From the NCBI GenBank assembly GCA_028284605.1, contig JANQRL010000029.1:88574-152573 (forward strand): 64,000 nucleotides of DNA. The letters are read 5' to 3'. This document shows positions 28,519 to 39,034 of the stretch, piece after piece. The stretch is from Paracoccaceae bacterium (lineage in GTDB: Bacteria > Pseudomonadota > Alphaproteobacteria > Rhodobacterales > Rhodobacteraceae). A program made the translations under genes and the position numbers. The notes beneath the pieces were generated by a model, which was not told the DNA's origin, did no database searches, and saw only the letters and a list, made by a program, of their open reading frames with translations. The first letter of the stretch is position 1. Each line of letters begins with the position of its first letter.

Positions 28519-29184
28519 ATGTGCGGCCGCTACGTGATCACGGCGCCGGACGACGCGATGGCGGACCTCTTCGAGGCCATGCCAGGCAATGATCTGCCGC
28601 CGACCCCGAACTACAACGTCTGCCCGACCGATCCGGTGGCGGTGGTGACGAGCGAGGGCGATACCCGGCGGCTCAGGACCATGCGCTGGGGGTTTCTGCC
28701 GCATTGGTACAAGAGCCCCACGGACGGGCCGCTGCTGATCAACGCGCGGGCCGAGACGCTCATCAAGAAACCCGCCTTTCAGGGCGCGGCGCGGCAGCGG
28801 CGGGCGATCATTCCCGCCACCGGCTTCTACGAATGGACCAAGGCGGAGGATGGCAGCCGGCTGCCCTGGTACATCCACCGGGCAGATGCGGCGCCGCTGG
28901 GCTTTGCCGCGGTGTGGCAGGATTGGGCGCGGGGCGAGGACCAGATCACCACCTGCGCCATCGTGACCACCGCCTCCGAGGGGCCGATGGCCGACATCCA
29001 CCACCGGATGCCGGTGGTGCTGGAACCCGAGGATTGGGCGCTCTGGCTCGGCGAGGCGGGGCATGGCGCGGCGGCGCTGATGCGCGCGGCGGCGCCGGAG
29101 AGTTTGCGCTTTCACCGGGTCGACCCGGCGGTGAACTCGAACCGTGCGGCCGGGCCGGAACTGATCGAGCCCATTGCCGCCTGA
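28519..29184 (+). CDS. SOS response-associated peptidase (SRAP/YedK family, abasic-site DNA-protein crosslink)
   Basis: 221 aa. MCGRY (catalytic Cys2), INARAETL, ATGFYEW and HHRMPVVL. Confidence 0.88.
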   Translation: MCGRYVITAPDDAMADLFEAMPGNDLPPTPNYNVCPTDPVAVVTSEGDTRRLRTMRWGFLPHWYKSPTDGPLLINARAETLIKKPAFQGAARQRRAIIPATGFYEWTKAEDGSRLPWYIHRADAAPLGFAAVWQDWARGEDQITTCAIVTTASEGPMADIHHRMPVVLEPEDWALWLGEAGHGAAALMRAAAPESLRFHRVDPAVNSNRAAGPELIEPIAA

Positions 29185-29263
29185 CGCGACGCCCCGCATT
29201 GAATCGCCGGGCGGAGCGCCTTTATGAAAGGTTGACACGACGCGACGTCGATTGCGTTGACAG

Positions 29264-30001
29264 GTGCGGAGGCACGGGCGGAGAGATGGGGCGGTGAGCG
29301 AGCCCGCTTACATTGTGAAGGGCCTGACCAAGGTCTATGGCGAAGGCCATTCCGCCGTCCATGCCCTGCGCGGCGTCGATCTCGAAATCCCGCGCGGCGA
29401 GATCGTGGTGCTGCTCGGACCGTCGGGGAGCGGCAAGTCGACGCTGCTGAACATTCTCGGCGGGCTGGACCGATCCACCGGGGGCACGGCGTCTTTCGGC
29501 AGGACCGATCTCGGGGCGCTTTCGGACCGCGAACTCACCCGCTACCGGCGCGACCATATCGGCTTCGTCTTCCAGTTCTACAACCTGATGCCGAGCCTGA
29601 CGGCGCGGGAAAATGTGGAGCTTGTCACCGAAATCGCCCGGGACCCGATGAGCCCGGAGGAGGCCCTGGACCTGGTGGGCCTCAGCGAACGGGTCGACCA
29701 TTTCCCGGCGCAGCTTTCGGGGGGCGAGCAGCAGCGGGTGGCGATTGCCCGGGCGGTGGCGAAGCAGCCCGATGTGCTCTTCTGCGACGAGCCGACCGGC
29801 GCGCTCGACAGCAAGACGGGCCGCGCGGTGCTTCGGGTGCTGCAACGGCTGAATGAGCGGCTGGGCACCACGGTGCTGATCGTGACCCATGCCGCGGCGA
29901 CGGCGGGGATGGCCGACCGGGTGCTGAACTTCGCCGATGGCGCGATCCGTGAGGTGACCGAGAACACCGAAAAGCTCGACGCCTCGGAGATCGTCTGGTG
30001 A
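29264..30001 (+). CDS. ABC transporter ATP-binding protein (MacB/LolD class)
   Basis: Walker [13 protein letters not shown], signature [14 protein letters not shown], Walker [13 protein letters not shown]. The track start is GTG 29264. An in-frame GTG at 29294 ([11 protein letters not shown]) is an equally plausible start. Confidence 0.9.
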   Translation: MRRHGRRDGAVSEPAYIVKGLTKVYGEGHSAVHALRGVDLEIPRGEIVVLLGPSGSGKSTLLNILGGLDRSTGGTASFGRTDLGALSDRELTRYRRDHIGFVFQFYNLMPSLTARENVELVTEIARDPMSPEEALDLVGLSERVDHFPAQLSGGEQQRVAIARAVAKQPDVLFCDEPTGALDSKTGRAVLRVLQRLNERLGTTVLIVTHAAATAGMADRVLNFADGAIREVTENTEKLDASEIVW

Positions 30002-32361
30002 GCCCGCTGACCCACAAGCTCCTCCGCGATCTCTGGCGGATGAAGGGGCAGGCGCTTGCCATTGCCATGGTCATCGCCACCGGGGTGATGCTGCTGGTCA
30101 TGATGACCGGCCTCGTCAATTCGCTCGAGGAGACCCGGACGACCTATTACGAGCGCTACCGGCTGGCCGATGTCTTTGCCCCGGTGGCGCGGGCGCCCAA
30201 TCTGGCGCTCGCCGATCTCGCCGAGATCCCGGGCGTCTCGGCGGTCGAGGGGCGGGTCAACGGGGCCACGCTGATCGATATCGAAGGCCGCAGTGTGCCG
30301 GTGCAGGCCCAGGCGGTGTCGCTGCCGGATTTCGGGTCGCCGGCGCTCAACGACATCTATCTCAATGACGGGCGGATGCTCGACAGCGACCGGTCCGACG
30401 AAATCCTGCTTCTGGAGAGTTTCGCCCGCGCCCATGGGCTCGACCCCGGCGATACGCTGGAGGCGACGATGAACGGGGCGCGGCGGGAGTTCCGGATCGT
30501 CGGCCTGGCGCAATCGCCGGAGTTCATCTTCACCACCGCGCCGGGAGAACTGGTGCCCGACGACGCCCGGTTCGGGGTGATCTGGATGAGCTATTCGGCG
30601 CTGGCGGCGGCCTATGACATGGACGGCGCGTTCAACGAGGCGCTGCTCGGTCTCGGCCGGGGCGCCGATGAAGAGGCGGTGCTGGCCGAGGTCGACCGGC
30701 AGCTCGCGCCCTATGGCGCGCTCGGCGCCTATGGGCTGGAGGACCAGCTTTCCAACCTCTTCATCACTCAGGAGATCGAGAGCCTGGCGGCGACCAACCA
30801 GTCGGTGCCGCCGATCTTTCTCGCCGTCGCCGCGTTCCTGCTCAACATCGTGATCGGCCGGATGGTGGAGGCGGAGCGCGAGGAGATCGGGCTGATGAAA
30901 GCCTTTGGCTACACCGATTGGGAAGTGGGCGCGCATTACTTCCGGATGGTGCTGGCGATCGCGGCCGGGGGCGCGCTGCTCGGCTGCCTCTTCGGGGTTG
31001 CGAGCGGGCGGGCGATGGTCGGGGTCTATACCCAGTTCTACAAGTTCCCGTTCCTGATCTTCGATCTCGACGCGACGTCCTTCGTGATCGGCGTGGCGGT
31101 CAGCATCGCGGCGGCCTCGGCCGGGGGCGTGCTGGTGCTGCGCCGGGTCTTCGCGCTCACTCCGTCGGAGGCGATGCGGCCGCCGGCGCCGGCCGATTAC
31201 AGCCGCTCGGGGCGGTTCGGGCGCTCCATCGCGCGGCTTCTCGATCAGCCGACGCGGATGGTGCTGCGCCGGATCACCCGGCAGCCGCTGCGGATGGCCG
31301 GGGCGGTGGTCGGCATCGCGCTCGGCATGGCGCTCTCGGCCTCGACGATCACGATCTATGCCGGCTTCACCCGGACCATCGACCTGACCTTCTCGGTGGT
31401 CGACCGCAGCGATGTGACGGTGAGTTTCACCCATGCCGTCTCCGACAAGACGATCCTGGAATTGCAGCGTCGCCCGGGAGTGATCCGGGTCGAGCCGGTG
31501 CGCGATGTGCCGGTGGTGATGCGCAACGGGCTGGAGGAGCATCGCGGCGCGATCACCGGCATGGTGCAGGAGGCGTCGCTGTCCCGGGCGCTCGACGCCG
31601 GCGGGGCGGCGATCCCGATCCGAAGCGACGGGCTCGTCGTGTCCCAGACGCTCGCCGATATCCTGGACCTTGCGCCCGGGGACAGTGTGACTGTCGATGT
31701 CCGCGAGGGCCGCCAGCCGATCCTGGACCTGCCGGTGGTGGCCCTGGCGGAGAGCCTGCTCGGCGCGCCGGCCTATATGGATATGGCGGCGCTGAACCGG
31801 GTCCTGAAGGAGCCGGGGCGGGTTTCGGGCGCCTATCTGCTGATCGACGATGGTCAGTCGGAGGAGATCTATACCTGGCTCAAGGGCTTGCCGGCGGTGG
31901 CCGGGGTCAGTCTGAAGAGCGAGGCGCGCGACGCCTTCGTGCGGTTGCTCAATTCCGGCGCCGGCTGGTCGCGCTTCATCATCGGGGCGCTGGCCTATAT
32001 CATCACCTTCGGCATCGTCTACAACGCGGCGCGGATCGCCTATGCCGAGCGCGCCCGCGATCTGGCGAGCCTGCGGGTGATCGGGTTTTCCAAGGGCGAG
32101 GCGGCCTATGTGCTGCTCGGCGAACTGGCGGCGGTGGTGATCGTGGCGCTGCCGCTCGGCACGCTGCTCGGCTACTACGTGGCGGTTCTGATGGCGAGCG
32201 CCTTTTCGACCGAGGTCTATCAGGTCCCGGCGATCTTCGATCTGGCCACATACGGCTCGGCGGCGCTGGTGGTGATCGCGGCGGCGGTCACGTCGGGCCT
32301 TCTGGTGAAACGCGATCTCGACCGGGCCGATCTGGTCGAAGCGCTGAAAACGCGGGAGTGA
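29998..32361 (+). CDS. ABC transporter permease with two FtsX-type domains
   Basis: 787 aa. An N-terminal TM helix, a large periplasmic region and four-helix FtsX bundles, all repeated twice. GTGA overlap with the ATPase gene. Confidence 0.85.
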   Translation: MSPLTHKLLRDLWRMKGQALAIAMVIATGVMLLVMMTGLVNSLEETRTTYYERYRLADVFAPVARAPNLALADLAEIPGVSAVEGRVNGATLIDIEGRSVPVQAQAVSLPDFGSPALNDIYLNDGRMLDSDRSDEILLLESFARAHGLDPGDTLEATMNGARREFRIVGLAQSPEFIFTTAPGELVPDDARFGVIWMSYSALAAAYDMDGAFNEALLGLGRGADEEAVLAEVDRQLAPYGALGAYGLEDQLSNLFITQEIESLAATNQSVPPIFLAVAAFLLNIVIGRMVEAEREEIGLMKAFGYTDWEVGAHYFRMVLAIAAGGALLGCLFGVASGRAMVGVYTQFYKFPFLIFDLDATSFVIGVAVSIAAASAGGVLVLRRVFALTPSEAMRPPAPADYSRSGRFGRSIARLLDQPTRMVLRRITRQPLRMAGAVVGIALGMALSASTITIYAGFTRTIDLTFSVVDRSDVTVSFTHAVSDKTILELQRRPGVIRVEPVRDVPVVMRNGLEEHRGAITGMVQEASLSRALDAGGAAIPIRSDGLVVSQTLADILDLAPGDSVTVDVREGRQPILDLPVVALAESLLGAPAYMDMAALNRVLKEPGRVSGAYLLIDDGQSEEIYTWLKGLPAVAGVSLKSEARDAFVRLLNSGAGWSRFIIGALAYIITFGIVYNAARIAYAERARDLASLRVIGFSKGEAAYVLLGELAAVVIVALPLGTLLGYYVAVLMASAFSTEVYQVPAIFDLATYGSAALVVIAAAVTSGLLVKRDLDRADLVEALKTRE

Positions 32362-32372
32362 GCGGAGGCAAT

Positions 32373-33608
32373 ATGGCGCAATCACGGAAATGGTCGCGGA
32401 CGGTGCTCACCGGGTTCGCCGTGCTGGTGGTGGCCGGCGCGCTCTGGATCGCGTTCCGGCCGCAGCCGATGCTGGTCGATCTCGGCGAGGTCAGCCGCGG
32501 CGCGATGCAGGTCACGATCGACGAGGAGGGCCGGACCCAGGTTCACGATGCCTATATGGTCTCCACCCCGGTGGCCGGGCGGCTGATGCGGGTCAGGGTC
32601 GATCCGGGCGATCCGGTGATCCGGGGCGAGACGGTGGTGGCGCAGATGCGGCCGACCAACCCCGCGGCGCTGGATGTGCGGACCCGGGAGCAGGCGCTGG
32701 CGGCGGTGAGTGCGGCGGAGGCGGCACTCAGGGTGGCCCAGGCCGATCTCAACGCGGCGATTGCCGAGAACGATCTGGCGCAGACCGATCTCGACCGCAC
32801 GCGGCAACTGGCCGAGACCGGGACCGTGGCGCCGGTGGCGCTCGACCGGGCCGAGAGCGCGGCGCGGGCGGCCTCGGCGCGGCTCGACACGGCGGAGGCG
32901 GCGATCTCGGTCCGCGAGGCGGAGGTCGCCAATGCCCGTGCCCAGCTCATCGGGTTCGACGATCAGCTCCTGGCCGGGGCCATCGCCGAGGGGGCAAACG
33001 ACGACATCCCGCTCTACGCCCCGATCGACGGCCGTATTCTGCGGATCATCCAGCAGAGCGAGACGGTGCTGCCCGCCGGCGCCCCGGTGATGGAGATCGG
33101 CGACATCACCTCTGATCTCGAAGTGGTGGTGGATCTGATCTCGTCCGATGCGGTCCAGGTCAGTGCGGGCGACCGGGTGATGATCGAGGATTGGGGCGGG
33201 CCGATCGTCCTGGAAGGCCGGGTCGAGCGGATCGATCCCTTCGGCTTCACCCGGTTCTCGGCGCTCGGCGTCGAGGAGCAGCGGGTCGGGGTCTCGGTCG
33301 CCTTCGAGAGCCCGCCGGAGGATCGGCAGAGCCTCGGCCACGGCTACCGGGTGGAAGCGCGAATCGTGGTTTGGGAGGCGCCGGACGCGCTGATCGTGCC
33401 GTCGAGCGCGCTGTTTCGGAACGGCGACGCCTGGGCGGTGTTCCGGGTCGAGGACGGCCGCGCGGTGCAGCGCGAGGTCGAGATCGGCCGGATGAATGGC
33501 ACCGAGGCCGAGGTGCTCGGCGGGCTCGCAGAGGCCGAGACCGTGGTGATCTACCCCTCGGCGGGGCTTCTCGATGGGATGGAGATCGCGCGGCGCCAGG
33601 TGCAATAG
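32373..33608 (+). CDS. HlyD-family periplasmic adaptor (membrane fusion protein)
   Basis: Frame of track ORF 30918..33608. Start at ATG 32373, with a GGAGG SD. N-terminal TM anchor, a long Ala-rich coiled coil (AEAALRVAQADLNAAIAENDLAQTDLDRTRQL), then beta-barrel domains. Confidence 0.85.
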   Translation: MAQSRKWSRTVLTGFAVLVVAGALWIAFRPQPMLVDLGEVSRGAMQVTIDEEGRTQVHDAYMVSTPVAGRLMRVRVDPGDPVIRGETVVAQMRPTNPAALDVRTREQALAAVSAAEAALRVAQADLNAAIAENDLAQTDLDRTRQLAETGTVAPVALDRAESAARAASARLDTAEAAISVREAEVANARAQLIGFDDQLLAGAIAEGANDDIPLYAPIDGRILRIIQQSETVLPAGAPVMEIGDITSDLEVVVDLISSDAVQVSAGDRVMIEDWGGPIVLEGRVERIDPFGFTRFSALGVEEQRVGVSVAFESPPEDRQSLGHGYRVEARIVVWEAPDALIVPSSALFRNGDAWAVFRVEDGRAVQREVEIGRMNGTEAEVLGGLAEAETVVIYPSAGLLDGMEIARRQVQ

Positions 33609-33689
33609 GCTGACCGGTCTGGGCCGGGCCGATGCGGGCCGAGCCACTTGACCGGACGCGGGGCCTGACATACCCACGGCCCCGGCCGG

Positions 33690-33763
33690 GCGGGCATGGT
33701 GAAATGGTATCACACGAGCCTTCCAAGCTCTTGGTGCGGGTTCGATTCCCGCTGCCCGCTCCA
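33690..33763 (+). tRNA. tRNA-Gly (anticodon UCC)
   Basis: GCGGGCATGGTGAAATGGTATCACACGAGCCTTCCAAGCTCTTGGTGCGGGTTCGATTCCCGCTGCCCGCTCCA. Cloverleaf foldable by hand. Anticodon loop CTTCCAA, T-loop GGTTCGATTCC, encoded CCA. Confidence 0.92.
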
Positions 33764-33856
33764 GCCCGATGCCCCGCCCGCTGCCTGCGACCCCGCACTG
33801 ACTTGAGCCCGGCCCGGCGGGCCGGTATCTCCTCTGCGGAATGGAAGTGAGGCGGG

Positions 33857-35650
33857 ATGGCGGACGCACCGAGGCCCTCTGAGGAGGAGCGCGCGAAGTC
33901 GAAGGAACTGGGGGCCCTGCGGGGTCTCTGGCCCTTCATGGCGCCTTATCGGGGGATGATGGCGGCCGCTTTCGCGGCCCTGGTGGCCACCGCAGTGGTC
34001 TCGCTTATCCTGCCGCTTGCGGTACGCCGGGTGGTGGACAATTTCGAGACCGCCGAGGTCGGGCTGCTCGACCAGTATTTCGGCGCCGCCGTTGGGATTG
34101 CGGCGCTTCTCGCGGTGGGAACCGCCTTGCGCTACTACCTCGTCACCCGGCTCGGCGAGCGGGTCGTGGCCGATATCCGGGTCGCCGTCTTTGACCGGAT
34201 GATCGGGATGAGCCCGGCCTTCTACGAGCGCATCATGACCGGCGAGGTGCTGAGCCGGATCACCACCGACACTACGCTGATCCTGAGCGTTATCGGTTCC
34301 TCGGTTTCCATCGCCCTGCGCAATCTGCTGATCCTTGTGGGCGGTATCGGCCTGATGCTCTGGACCAGCGTGAAGATGACCGCCCTGGTGCTCTGGCCGA
34401 TTCCGGTGATCGTGCTGCCGATCATCTTTCTGGGGCGCCGGGTGCGGCGGCTGAGCAAGGAGAACCAGGACTGGATCGCGGCGTCGTCCGGGGATGCCTC
34501 CGAGCAGCTTCTGTCGGCGCAGACGGTGCAGGCGTTCACCCACGAGACGCGCAGCCGGTCGAAGTTCTGGGATGTCACCGAAAAGAGCTTCGTGGCGGCG
34601 CGGCGGCGGATCGCGACACGGGCGGTTCTGACCGCCATCGTCATCTTCATGGCGTTCTCGGCCATCGTCGGCTTCCTTTGGATCGGTGCGGCGGATGTGC
34701 GCTCTGGCGCGATCAGTGTGGGCGAACTGGTGCAATTCATGATCTACACGATCATGGTGGCGGGCGCGGTGGCGGCGCTGACCGAGATCTGGAGCGAATT
34801 GCAGCGCGCGGCGGGGGCGACCGAACGGCTGGTCGAATTGCTCAACGCCGAGGACAGCGTTGCCGATCCGGAGCGCCCGGTCGCGGTCGAGGGGCTCGGG
34901 CGGGGCGAGATCGCCTTCGACGACGTGCGGTTCTCCTATCCCGCCCGGCCCTCCATCGCGGCGCTCGATGGCGTGAGTTTCACCGTCGCGCCGGGGGAGA
35001 CGGTGGCGCTGGTCGGGCCGTCGGGGGCCGGCAAGACGACGATTATCCAGCTCATCCAGCGCTTCTACGACCCGCAATCGGGGGCGATCCGCTATGACGG
35101 CGTGGACCTGCGCGAGATGGAGCGGGCGGCGTTCCGCAAGCATCTGGCGCTGGTGCCCCAGGACCCGGTGATCTTCGCCGACACCGCGCGGGAGAACATC
35201 CGCTTCGGACGGCCGGAGGCCAGCGATGCGGAGGTCGAAGAGGCGGCGAAAGCGGCGGCGGCCCACGATTTTCTGACCGCCCTGCCGGAGGGCTACGACT
35301 CTTACGTCGGCGAGCGGGGGGTGATGCTCTCGGGCGGGCAGAAGCAGCGCATCGCCATCGCCCGGGCGATCCTGCGGGACGCGCCGGTGCTGCTCCTCGA
35401 CGAGGCCACCAGCGCGCTCGACGCCGAGAGCGAGCGGGCGGTGCAGGAGGCGGTGGACCGACTGAGCCACGGGCGGACCACGATCATCGTCGCCCACCGT
35501 CTGGCGACCGTGAAGAAGGCCGACCGAATCCTGGTCTTCGAGGCCGGCCGCATCGTGGCCCGGGGCACCCATGAATCGCTGGTCTCGGAGGGCGGGCTCT
35601 ACGCGCGCCTCGCCCGGCTGCAGTTCACCGAGGGCATCGCCGCGGAATAG
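33857..35650 (+). CDS. ABC transporter, fused permease/ATPase (MsbA/ATM1-like exporter)
   Basis: 597 aa. Six N-terminal TM helices. Walker A GPSGAGKTT, signature LSGGQKQRIAIARA, Walker B LLLDEATSALD. Confidence 0.9.
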   Translation: MADAPRPSEEERAKSKELGALRGLWPFMAPYRGMMAAAFAALVATAVVSLILPLAVRRVVDNFETAEVGLLDQYFGAAVGIAALLAVGTALRYYLVTRLGERVVADIRVAVFDRMIGMSPAFYERIMTGEVLSRITTDTTLILSVIGSSVSIALRNLLILVGGIGLMLWTSVKMTALVLWPIPVIVLPIIFLGRRVRRLSKENQDWIAASSGDASEQLLSAQTVQAFTHETRSRSKFWDVTEKSFVAARRRIATRAVLTAIVIFMAFSAIVGFLWIGAADVRSGAISVGELVQFMIYTIMVAGAVAALTEIWSELQRAAGATERLVELLNAEDSVADPERPVAVEGLGRGEIAFDDVRFSYPARPSIAALDGVSFTVAPGETVALVGPSGAGKTTIIQLIQRFYDPQSGAIRYDGVDLREMERAAFRKHLALVPQDPVIFADTARENIRFGRPEASDAEVEEAAKAAAAHDFLTALPEGYDSYVGERGVMLSGGQKQRIAIARAILRDAPVLLLDEATSALDAESERAVQEAVDRLSHGRTTIIVAHRLATVKKADRILVFEAGRIVARGTHESLVSEGGLYARLARLQFTEGIAAE

Positions 35651-35793
35651 GTTTGCCCGCCGCCGAGACGGTGCAGCAAGGTGGCCGTCGCGACCCCGGA
35701 CTTGCGCCAAGGCGCCGGAGCCTGCACCCTGTCCCGAAGACGCGGGGGACCTTGGAGGAGGGCAGCCGCGCTGTAGGGGAGGAGACCGGACAG

Positions 35794-37677
35794 ATGACCT
35801 ATGCCACGCTGGAGGACCGCGCCGCGATCGAGGCGGAGGGCGACTGGGCGTCGCGCGAGGTGCCGCAGACGATCTTCGCGCAGCTCTCCAAGACCGCCGA
35901 TGCCCATGGCGCGCGCCCGGCCTTTACCTTTCAGATGTTCTCCGGCCCCGGCGATCCGGCGGAGACGCTGAGCTGGTCGGAGCTGCACGCGCAAAGCTGT
36001 CAGGCGGCCAATCTCTTCCGCAGCATGGGGATCGGCGAAACGGATGTCGTGGCCTTCATCCTGCCGAACTGCACCGAGACCATCCTGACCTATCTCGGCG
36101 GCGCAATCGCCGGCATCGTCAACCCGATCAACCCGCTCCTGGAGCCCGCCAATATCGGCGCGATCCTGCGGGAGACCAATGCCAAGGCGGTGGTCACGCT
36201 GAAAGCCTTTCCGAAGACGGATGTGGCCCAGAAAGTGGCCGAGGCGGTGAAGCTCGCGCCCAATGTGGAGACGGTGCTGGAGGTCGATCTCCTGCGCTAC
36301 ATTACCGGGATCAAGAAGTTCATCGTGCCGCTGATCCGGCCGAAGAACCCGGTGGAGCATGCGGCAAGGGTGCTCGATTTCAACGCGGAACTGGCCAAGC
36401 ATCCCCGGGCGCTGACCTTTCCCGACAGTTCCGGCGACCGGGTCGCGGCCTATTTCCATACCGGCGGCACCACGGGGATGCCGAAGGTCGCGCAGCATCG
36501 CTATTCCGGGATCATCTACAATGCCTGGCTCGGGTCGCGGCTGCTTTTTACCGAGAACGACGTGCAGATCTGCCCGCTGCCGATGTTCCACGTCTTCGCG
36601 ACCATCGTCTGTGTCGGCGCCTCCCTCGGCTCCGGCGCCCATATCGTCTTTCCGACCCCCCAGGGCTATCGCGGCGAGGGGGTGGCGGACAATTTCTGGA
36701 AGCTGGTGGAGCGCTACAAGGTCACCTTCATGATCGCGGTGCCGACGGCGATGTCGGCACTGATGCAGCGCAAGGTGGATGCGGATATTTCCTCGCTGAA
36801 ACTGGCCTTCTGCGGCTCATCGCCGCTGCCGGTGGAGCTTTACAAGCGGTTCGAGAAGGCCGCCGGCGTGACGATCTGCGAGGGCTACGGGCTGACCGAG
36901 GCGACCTGTCTGGTCTCGATCAACCCGCCCGAGGGGGAGAAGAAGGTCGGCTCCATCGGCTATCCGTTCCCCTATACGGACGTGAAGATCCTCGGTCACA
37001 CGAAGGAGTCGGCTTACGAATGCGATGTCGACGAGATCGGCGAGATCTGCGTGGCGAGCCCGGGCGTCTATAACGGCAACACCTATACCGATACCGAGAA
37101 GAATAACGGGCTCTTCCATCAGGATGTCTATCTGAGGACCGGCGATCTGGGCCGGATCGATCCGGACGGCTATCTCTGGATTACGGGCCGGGCGAAGGAC
37201 CTGATCATCCGGGGCGGCCACAATATCGACCCGGCCGAGATCGAGGAGGCGCTTGCCGGCCACGACGCCATCGCCTTTGCCGCCGCCATCGGCCAGCCCG
37301 ACGGCCATGCCGGGGAATTGCCGTGTGCCTATGTCGAATTGGTGGGCGGGGCGAATATCGATGAGGCGGAGGTGATCGAGTTCGCCAATTCCCGCATTCA
37401 TGAGCGTGCGGCGCATCTCAAATATCTCGAAGTGCTGCCGGAAATCCCGAAGACCGCCGTGGGCAAACCCCTGAAGAACGAGCTGCGCAAGCTCGCCATC
37501 GCCCGCATCTACAGCGCCGCGCTGGCCAATGCCGATGTCGCAGCGAAGGTCGAGGAGGTCTATGAGGACAAGCGCAGGGGCCTCGTGGCGAAGCTGAGCA
37601 AGACCGGGACCGTCGATGAGGATCAGGTGATCAAGGCGCTCGGCGCCTATACCCGGCCCTGGGAATGGGCCGCCTGA
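35794..37677 (+). CDS. AMP-dependent acyl-CoA synthetase / ligase
   Basis: Frame of track ORF 35653..37677. Start at ATG 35794. Contains FHTGGTTGMPK, GYGLTEA, RTGDLG and KTAVGKPLKNELR. Confidence 0.88.
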   Translation: MTYATLEDRAAIEAEGDWASREVPQTIFAQLSKTADAHGARPAFTFQMFSGPGDPAETLSWSELHAQSCQAANLFRSMGIGETDVVAFILPNCTETILTYLGGAIAGIVNPINPLLEPANIGAILRETNAKAVVTLKAFPKTDVAQKVAEAVKLAPNVETVLEVDLLRYITGIKKFIVPLIRPKNPVEHAARVLDFNAELAKHPRALTFPDSSGDRVAAYFHTGGTTGMPKVAQHRYSGIIYNAWLGSRLLFTENDVQICPLPMFHVFATIVCVGASLGSGAHIVFPTPQGYRGEGVADNFWKLVERYKVTFMIAVPTAMSALMQRKVDADISSLKLAFCGSSPLPVELYKRFEKAAGVTICEGYGLTEATCLVSINPPEGEKKVGSIGYPFPYTDVKILGHTKESAYECDVDEIGEICVASPGVYNGNTYTDTEKNNGLFHQDVYLRTGDLGRIDPDGYLWITGRAKDLIIRGGHNIDPAEIEEALAGHDAIAFAAAIGQPDGHAGELPCAYVELVGGANIDEAEVIEFANSRIHERAAHLKYLEVLPEIPKTAVGKPLKNELRKLAIARIYSAALANADVAAKVEEVYEDKRRGLVAKLSKTGTVDEDQVIKALGAYTRPWEWAA

Positions 37678-37724
37678 AGCCAGACGCATGATGGGAGCGA
37701 CCTGAACCGGCCATGTCGCCTTCG

Positions 37725-37960
37725 GTCGGGAGTGGATCTTGAGCGCCGGTCGATTCAGCGCGAAACACCACCCACCCTGCGCAACACGGCGCGCGTGTGG
37801 CCGGACCGACCTCGGGTGGGCCCACAACACCTGTCCCACCGGTAACGCTTCAAAGCATCAGCGCCACGCGAGCTGCCGGCGGATCAACATCGGCCCTCCC
37901 GGGGGGGAGGTCGGGCCGGGCGCATGCGCGCCGGGGCCCAGATGTCCGCTCCCGGCCCCG
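37725..37960 (+). repeat. mosaic intergenic repeat, copy D (module 1 at 37789-37932, without module 2)
   Basis: 144 nt, ~92% identical to 8915-9058. The 26-nt ends are inverted repeats (GGCGCGCGTGTGGCCGGACCGACCTC ... GAGGTCGGGCCGGGCGCATGCGCGCC). It is flanked by AGTGGATCT and ATGTCCGCT end-like motifs. Confidence 0.8.
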
Positions 37961-38050
37961 AGGTCCGGTTCTATCTGATCTCATCAGGCTCTAAAGGCCG
38001 ATTGACGCAGGTCTCTGGTCTTCGCGCCCCGGCGCCATAATCTCGGGCTC

Positions 38051-38464
38051 ATGGACCGGACTGCGCCTTTGGGGCCCATCGCCGTGATGGATGCCGATTG
38101 TGCGATCTGCACGCTCGGCGCGCGGATGATCCATCGGATCGACCGTTCCGGAGAGGTGCGGATCTGCCCGGTACAGAGCCCCCTCGGCGCGCGGCTGATG
38201 GCGGAGCACGGGGTGGATGCGGTGGACCCGGAAACCTGGCTCCTGATCGAGGACGGCACGGTCTGGCGCGATGCCGAGGCGATCATCCGGATCGGGGCGC
38301 GGTCGGGCGGTTGGGGGCGGCTGCTGACCGTGCTGCGGCTGATCCCGCGCCCGGTCCGCGACGGGCTCTACCGCCGGCTGGCCCGCAACCGCTATCGGCT
38401 GTTCGGACAGGCGGATATGTGCGCGCTGCCCGATCCGGAGTTCCGGGCCCGGCTGATCGGATGA
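38051..38464 (+). CDS. thiol-disulfide oxidoreductase DCC family protein (DUF393)
   Basis: 137 aa. Contains the DADCAICT (CxxC) motif and the RNRYRLFG tail typical of the DCC family. Confidence 0.78.
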   Translation: MDRTAPLGPIAVMDADCAICTLGARMIHRIDRSGEVRICPVQSPLGARLMAEHGVDAVDPETWLLIEDGTVWRDAEAIIRIGARSGGWGRLLTVLRLIPRPVRDGLYRRLARNRYRLFGQADMCALPDPEFRARLIG

Positions 38465-38695
38465 TGGTGCTCGTGATCGGCGGGGCGGCGCTGTTCGGTC
38501 GCCGGCCGGGCGAGCGCGGGGGGCGGGGCTGCCCTGGAGGGATGCTCCGCCTGCCGTTGCCCGGGCGGATTGTGGAGCGCTATGGCGGAGAGTTGAAGCG
38601 CGGTCGCGAACCGGCGCCGGGCTGCCGCCGGCGTTGTCTTCGGGGGTAACGGCGAGCGACATACGCGGGCAATCGGGCGGCCGGACGGGGCGGCG

Positions 38696-38770
38696 TGGTG
38701 CCCGGGGGCGGAATCGAACCACCGACACGAGGATTTTCAGTCCACTGCTCTACCCCTGAGCTACCCGGGC
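38696..38770 (-). tRNA. tRNA-Phe (anticodon GAA)
   Basis: The reverse complement is GCCCGGGTAGCTCAGGGGTAGAGCAGTGGACTGAAAATCCTCGTGTCGGTGGTTCGATTCCGCCCCCGGGCACCA. Anticodon loop CTGAAAA, encoded CCA, one U-U mismatch in the anticodon stem. Confidence 0.9.
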
Positions 38771-38851
38771 ACGGGTGAGGGCGCCGCCCTCGGGTGGCGG
38801 GGTTCTAGGCCAGCCGCGCGGGGCTGTCCAGTGCCCAATCCGGCCCTGCGT

Positions 38852-39034
38852 TCAGTGCTCCGGCGGGCGTGGATCGGCGCTCTGGCGCGCCGCCTCTTCG
38901 GTGTCTTCCGGGTCCTCCGACGGGATCGCGTAGGACCCGCCCAGCCACTTCGCCAGGTCCAGATCGGCGCAGCGGCGCGAGCAGAACGGGCGGTAGCGGG
39001 CCTCGGTCTTCTTGCCGCAGATCGGGCAGGTCAT
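38852..39034 (-). CDS. yacG: DNA gyrase inhibitor YacG (zinc finger)
   Basis: 60 aa. [33 protein letters not shown] carries the CxxC...CxxxC zinc ribbon. Confidence 0.85.
   Translation of the reverse strand: MTCPICGKKTEARYRPFCSRRCADLDLAKWLGGSYAIPSEDPEDTEEAARQSADPRPPEH

Noticed and set aside
30918-32372. Upstream part of the 896-aa ORF 30918..33608 (HlyD frame)
   Set aside because: It overlaps the FtsX permease in another frame, and the Gly/Arg/Ala composition is junk-like. The adaptor starts at ATG 32373, with its own SD and TM anchor.
29578-32385. 935-aa minus-strand ORF antisense to the ABC ATPase and permease; similar long antisense ORFs at 2514..4484, 22780..24540, 26411..28180, 33710..35710, 18939..20756, 47760..49691 and 6189..7775
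   Set aside because: All of them lie opposite genes with clear family motifs. They have Arg/Pro/His/Gly-biased composition and no recognisable domains, as expected in stop-codon-poor GC-rich antisense frames.
38465-38695. 230-bp ORF-less spacer between the DCC gene and tRNA-Phe as a possible ncRNA or further repeat copy
   Set aside because: I found only weak resemblance to the repeat family (GCAATCGGGCGG) and no convincing hairpin set or promoter or terminator signals. The evidence is insufficient.
33690-38770. Genomic island bounded by tRNA-Gly and tRNA-Phe
   Set aside because: The intervening genes (an MsbA-like ABC transporter, an acyl-CoA synthetase and a DCC protein) have host-like composition. 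There is no integrase and no direct repeat of a tRNA 3' end.
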